Shown here: positions 61,154 to 64,000 of the stretch, piece by piece
How positions within the stretch are numbered: position 1 is the stretch's first letter
Layout: each line of letters begins with the position of its first letter
IMG/VR virus record: IMGVR_UViG_3300035698_012088
Span: 64,001 to 128,000 of that record
Direction: 5' to 3' (one strand)
DNA length: 64,000 nucleotides
Source: a virus
The notes under the pieces: generated by a model
Told to the model about the DNA's origin: nothing
Seen by the model: the letters and a program-made list of their open reading frames with translations, nothing else
Database searches by the model: none
Made by a program: the position numbers and the translations under genes

Positions 61154-61448
61154 CAGTGTGAAAACACTGTTTCACGGGATAAATAGATCCAGAACTGTAT
61201 CTCTTGGAAAGTGGCTACAAGCCGATGTAAAAGAGGTAACAGATGGGTCTAAGAACTCTACTTATATTTCTGGATGGCACATGCTCCCTACTCATAAGGA
61301 GTGTGTTGCCTACCTGGAGAAGTTCAGACATAAAGACAATAAAGTAATTGTAAAGTGTAGGACCAAGGGAAAGACTTGGCCTAAGACACAAAGCAGAGCT
61401 AATGTGATCCTAAGTGAATGGATCTATTTGGAGGCAATTGTATAGCTC

Positions 61449-61750
61449 ATGAGTAACGTTCAGTTGGGAACCGCTGTAATAGCGGGAATAGTATATATAT
61501 ATTGGGAGTAATAGGACACACAATTCAATTTATGCATGAACAAGAACCTATACATGGATATTTCAAAAGAAAGATAAAATCTAAATTAGATGTTATATAC
61601 AGATTACTCTCTTCTATACTGTGGCCTTTATTCCAACTGTTCTGCCTCCTCATGTGGATGACTTCTAGAGCTAGAAAGTTATTTTCTAGTTTCTGGAAGT
61701 TACCTTTGACTCATGATCACGACCTATCAGATGTAACGGAGGAACTATGA
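61449..61750 (+). pseudogene. paralog family C membrane protein frameshifted in a (TA)5 run
   Basis: ATG 61449 frame stops after 20 codons; deleting one TA from 61492-61502 fuses it to ORF 61502..61750 (ends VTEEL), giving a two-TM protein like its neighbours. Confidence 0.6.
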
Positions 61751-62073
61751 AACCAGAAGCAACAGAAGTCTTAAGGGCAATTTTCATAGCAGCAGGAGGT
61801 ATAGCATATATCCCCATACTTTATGCTACATACATTTATCACAGAGATGAATCCCATATCTTTAATCTCTTTGAAGAAGATGAAAACTTTCCCTATCCTT
61901 GTAGCAGGGTAGAACTTCTACTTCTCTATATAGGAATAGGTTTCTGGCCTATAACTTATATTGTAGGATTATCTATAATGGGAACTGAGGTACTTAAAAA
62001 GAAACTTAAATCTTTTAGAAAACTCCCTATGCATAGAGACAGAGATCTAGAGAAAATTGCAAAGGCCTTATAA
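61747..62073 (+). CDS. paralog family C two-TM membrane protein (IAKAL)
   Basis: two hydrophobic helices, FWP, SFRKLP..RDRDL. Confidence 0.7.
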   Translation: MKPEATEVLRAIFIAAGGIAYIPILYATYIYHRDESHIFNLFEEDENFPYPCSRVELLLLYIGIGFWPITYIVGLSIMGTEVLKKKLKSFRKLPMHRDRDLEKIAKAL

Positions 62074-62117
62074 CGAAACTATTTATAAAGTTAATGTAAA
62101 ATGTAAAAGGAAGAAAA

Positions 62118-62405
62118 ATGATTTGGATTATGGCTACCATGGATATCTTTTGGCCAGTTTGTTTAGCAATATATGCAATTGGAGAATTCCTTCTCCTTTG
62201 GCATTTTCTAGGAGATAAAAACTTATCCTGGGATACTAAAGAAGAGATGATGTGGGATTTAGCTACAAGAATAATTTGGCCTATCACCTTAGGAGGGTGG
62301 GCAATACATGACTGGACAGCCTCATTACACAAGAGAGTATGGGAGTTTAAGCAGACACCTTGGAAGAGTATGAGAGATGCAAAAATCGTAGCAGAAAACC
62401 TGTAG
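62118..62405 (+). CDS. paralog family C two-TM membrane protein (VAENL)
   Basis: IWPIT, EFKQTP...RD pattern. Confidence 0.65.
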   Translation: MIWIMATMDIFWPVCLAIYAIGEFLLLWHFLGDKNLSWDTKEEMMWDLATRIIWPITLGGWAIHDWTASLHKRVWEFKQTPWKSMRDAKIVAENL

Positions 62406-62577
62406 GAAATAACATGACTAAAGAAGAAGCAGAGAAGAACCTTAGATCTCAGTTGAATATGGGATCCTATACAGTGGAAGACGCCTCTGTCTTTACAGAG
62501 GGATACATAGCAGCACTATATGATGCAGAGACTATCACTTGGGAAATACAACAGTATCTCTTGGATACCTTTGGGAT

Positions 62578-62970
62578 ATGACTCCAGAAGAAGAATCCCC
62601 CTTCCCTTACTCTGATGACCCTAGCAGAGATTCTTATAAGGGTAAGAAGAAGATAAAAATTACTTCTTACCTAAACCCTAAAGACGATATGGGAGTAGAA
62701 GAATACTTAAATATGCTTAACAAAGCCATTGCCTTGGCAGAAGAATCCGGTCTTACAGAGTTAACAATGAGCTGGTGCGGTGAAGATTACAATATAGAAC
62801 ACTCTATAGTTGGAGTTAGAGAAGAGACTGATGAAGAACAAGCTAAGAGACTTGAGCACACTAAGAGGTATTGGAAGAACAAGTATAAAGGCTATGTGAG
62901 AGACACTGCTTTTTTTGAATCACCTAGAGGGCAGCAGACCATAGCAGCAGTAGTAGCAGAGGAGCTTTAA
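62578..62970 (+). CDS. hypothetical protein with C-terminal tag (VVAEEL)
   Basis: ATG overlaps the upstream stop; REETDEEQAKRL motif. Confidence 0.65.
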   Translation: MTPEEESPFPYSDDPSRDSYKGKKKIKITSYLNPKDDMGVEEYLNMLNKAIALAEESGLTELTMSWCGEDYNIEHSIVGVREETDEEQAKRLEHTKRYWKNKYKGYVRDTAFFESPRGQQTIAAVVAEEL

Positions 62971-63349
62971 TGGTAACACAAGAAGAGTTGATGGAAATTC
63001 TTAAGAAGAGTATGAATAAGGAAATAACTAAATTACTTAAAGATACGGATAAGTATATGAGGAAACATGCTAAACAGGGATGCAATTGTACTACCTGGAC
63101 TTTGGCAAGGGATAATATTGTTATGCCTTTTGTAGAGGCCCTTAGACAGACTTACCCAGATCTTGATATTACTATTGGTAAAACACGCCACACATCTGAC
63201 TGGACAAGACCACCCCAATATACTGTAACAATAAGGTGGGCCGAAAAATCTCACATTCTCACCACTGCACAAGCGATGAGGTATGCTGAGAAGGCCACAG
63301 CAGCAGCTTTAGCAGAAGCAGAAGAAGACAAAAAGAAAGAGGACAAGAC

Positions 63350-63715
63350 ATGAAAATAGCAGTTGACATGGATGGCACTTGTGTTAACCATATATTTCCT
63401 GAAATGGGGGAGGATGTACCTCATGCAGCGGAAGTTATGAAGGAATTAGTAGAGGCAGGACATAAGCTTATCTTATATACAATGAGGTCTGGAAAGGAAC
63501 TAGATGCAGCGGTGCAGTGGTTCGCAGATAAAGACATTCCTCTATATTCAGTGCAAAAGGACAAGGGCCAGCTTGCCTGGACTAAGAGTAACAAATGCTA
63601 TGCTAATAAATACGTAGATGATAGCGGAATCGGTTGCCCCCTCATAAAAGTAGAAGGATGGGATAGACCCTGTGTAGATTGGGAGGCAGTAAGAGCTGTT
63701 CTTCTCAATGAATGA
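63350..63715 (+). CDS. HAD-superfamily hydrolase (capless, BT0820-like)
   Basis: IAVDMDGT, LYTMR, K.YA..YVDD. Confidence 0.85.
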   Translation: MKIAVDMDGTCVNHIFPEMGEDVPHAAEVMKELVEAGHKLILYTMRSGKELDAAVQWFADKDIPLYSVQKDKGQLAWTKSNKCYANKYVDDSGIGCPLIKVEGWDRPCVDWEAVRAVLLNE

Positions 63716-64000
63716 GGGAGAGGAAAGGGTTTACTCTGAAATAATACAGGCAGTGGACGACATGGTCGCCTTGGTCGAGCCAGAGGACTATGTAAACATG
63801 AAGGAAATACAGAATAAGATCTATTATCTAGTAGGTTGCAGCCTGGGGACTACGGCAAACCTTGATATTAAAATAGACGAGCTTAGAGAGAAGTTAAATG
63901 CATTTCTAGAGATAACTGTAGAGAAGGGAATATCAGATGATGACGAATAAGGGATATGCTTTGTTAACTCTTAAAGAGGCATCAGATATACTACATGCTA

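Noticed and set aside
1-64000. Genome-wide stop-codon reassignment
   Set aside because: Long conserved genes are intact under code 11 and both TAG and TGA end many genes; only two isolated in-frame stops were noticed

Overview
AT-rich, densely coding segment of a large tailed dsDNA phage, probably infecting an anaerobe (class III RNR). No integrase or CRISPR is seen. From left to right it contains: a glycan-modification cluster (glycosyltransferase, FkbM methyltransferases, WbdD-like methyltransferase, DUF4254-like); a phage sigma factor; a degenerate stand-alone Hint domain; minus-strand virion/packaging genes including a gpA-type terminase; a long plus-strand replication/recombination region (SbcD, SbcC, SF2 helicase, DnaB-like helicase, candidate iteron origin, primase, family A DNA polymerase, probable SSB, RecA, RuvC); NrdD with a LAGLIDADG intein; a MoxR AAA+/VWA-metallopeptidase pair; an IMPDH/GMPR-family enzyme; three tRNAs with adjacent HNH genes; and many small accessory genes. 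The polymerase is split by two group I introns around an 83-nt exon, and the second intron carries two different homing endonucleases. The most striking unexplained pattern is that about 15 largely unrelated accessory proteins, soluble and membrane-anchored, end in a shared amphipathic C-terminal motif (e.g. VVCEEL, VVEEL, VAEEL, IVCEEL) that core genes lack, suggesting an undescribed protein tagging/targeting system. All calls are from motif recognition by eye; no searches were run.
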